Of a stretch of DNA of 64,000 nt, positions 63,429 to 64,000 are shown piece by piece (position 1 is the first letter of the stretch; each line of letters opens with the position of its first letter). Below the pieces are notes generated by a model. The model saw only the letters and a program-made list of their open reading frames with translations, did not search any database and had not been told where the DNA came from. A program made the translations under genes and the position numbers. The DNA is from a virus: positions 206,994 through 270,993 of the IMG/VR virus record IMGVR_UViG_3300045988_139374; one strand, 5' to 3'.

Positions 63429-63656
63429 TTAAATATAATATACTATACAAGAACAGGTACCAGTAGTATAAGTTGCATAGCTACCCAGAAAAAATCTAAT
63501 ACATCGTATATAATATGATTTATTGATATAAGTAATATATGGAATCGGAACACCATTATTACTACTTACATTACGTGTAACAGATATTGGTATACCTAAT
63601 GTAAATTGATCTTCTGATGCAAAATCTACACTCTTAATTTTAGTAGAAGCGTCAGA
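63429..63656 (-). other. start-less DAS cassette C3 (family C, 75 codons)
   Basis: Reverse motif core at 63644-63654. The ORF reads SDASTKIKSVDFASEDQFTLGIPISVTRN...CSCIVYYI-stop. Confidence 0.65.
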
Positions 63657-63957
63657 TTGGTAGAATATAATAAACAATTGTATGAAGTTCTTGAAATGAA
63701 TACCTTGCAGATGTATCTTTTGCAGCATATAAAACATATATGCTTGTTCCATTTTCTATATGATACCAAGAATACCAAAAAATTGCATCACTATTATTTG
63801 TATTGCTTCTAGGATACATATCTGCAGATTTTTTATATATAGATATTGGAATAATAAAATCGCTTATATCTTTTATCTTTATATAATCTATTCCAGCACT
63901 AAATGCTTTATATGCATAATTAATTTCCATCTTATAAATTTTAGTAGAAGCGTCATT
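63652..63957 (-). other. start-less DAS cassette B4 (family B, 101 codons)
   Basis: Reverse motif core at 63945-63955. NDASTKIYKMEINYA...ISDFIIPISIYKKSADM...IFWYSWYH...HTIVYYILPI ends on the TGA inside the next motif copy (63652-63654). Confidence 0.65.
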
Positions 63958-63961
63958 CCAC

Positions 63962-64000
63962 ATTTTAATTATTCTTATTTTCACTTGTATAGTATAAAAT
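63962..64000 (+). promoter_or_regulatory. conserved promoter block (cut by window end)
   Basis: TTTTAATTATTCTTATTTTCACTTGTATAGTATAAAAT is identical to the blocks at 21293 and 35055. It directly abuts the minus-strand cassette array. Confidence 0.6.

Noticed and set aside
1829-63957. Stop-codon reassignment or read-through as the reason the cassettes look separated by stops
   Set aside because: Ordinary genes across the window end on TAA, TGA and TAG directly before terminators and stay long and intact under the standard code. Inter-cassette junctions use all three stop codons and inconsistent frames (0 or +1), so no single recoding rule would join them.
1-64000. tRNA, rRNA or tmRNA genes
   Set aside because: Visual scanning of the non-coding stretches found no cloverleaf-compatible segments or T-loop-like GTTCRANYC words. 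The only structured non-coding block of suitable G+C content is the polymerase intron.

Overview
This window is 64 kb of a very AT-rich tailed dsDNA phage genome. Coding is almost gap-free, ribosome-binding sites are strong AGGAGG types as in Firmicutes, and nearly every transcription unit ends in a hairpin plus T-run terminator. No rRNA, tRNA or CRISPR array was seen.

Recognisable content:
- Virion/tail genes: a gp25-like baseplate protein, two divergent tail-fibre genes built from an AWVNGxKVTGTM repeat, a beta-helix protein, a LysM protein, a hydrolase-like protein, and a 1219-aa multi-enzyme polyvalent protein.
- Replication and nucleotide metabolism: the C-terminal half of a family-B DNA polymerase, SF2 helicase, thymidylate synthase, DHFR, a MYG1-like hydrolase, and a PC4/YdbC-like protein. 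The polymerase is split inside motif B by a 378-nt ORF-less group-I-like intron.
- Transcription: a beta-prime C-terminal-half homologue of a multisubunit RNAP, a possible beta fragment, and two XRE regulators.

Most unusual signal: the invariant 11-mer TGACGCTTCTA occurs 16 times at five loci on both strands. Read T|GAC|GCT|TCT|A, it encodes x-D-A-S. Every copy opens an ORF of 61 to 304 codons that has no start codon, no RBS and no promoter, and several have a TAA in the same frame immediately upstream. Most of these ORFs end in a shared (I/V)xYI-stop tail. The cassettes fall into paralogous families and lie in tandem arrays in the seams between transcription units. I read them as a dispersed archive of exchangeable C-terminal modules, probably for a receptor-binding protein, joined to an unseen 5' part by recombination or RNA joining. 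The mechanism is unknown and no expression site is visible in this window.

Other notable items:
- A canonical T_TTT_TTG -1 frameshift site that opens a 75-codon extension of a 648-aa structural gene.
- A conserved promoter plus 5' hairpin element in at least 9 copies.
- G+C-rich, codon-biased gene islands downstream of those promoters.
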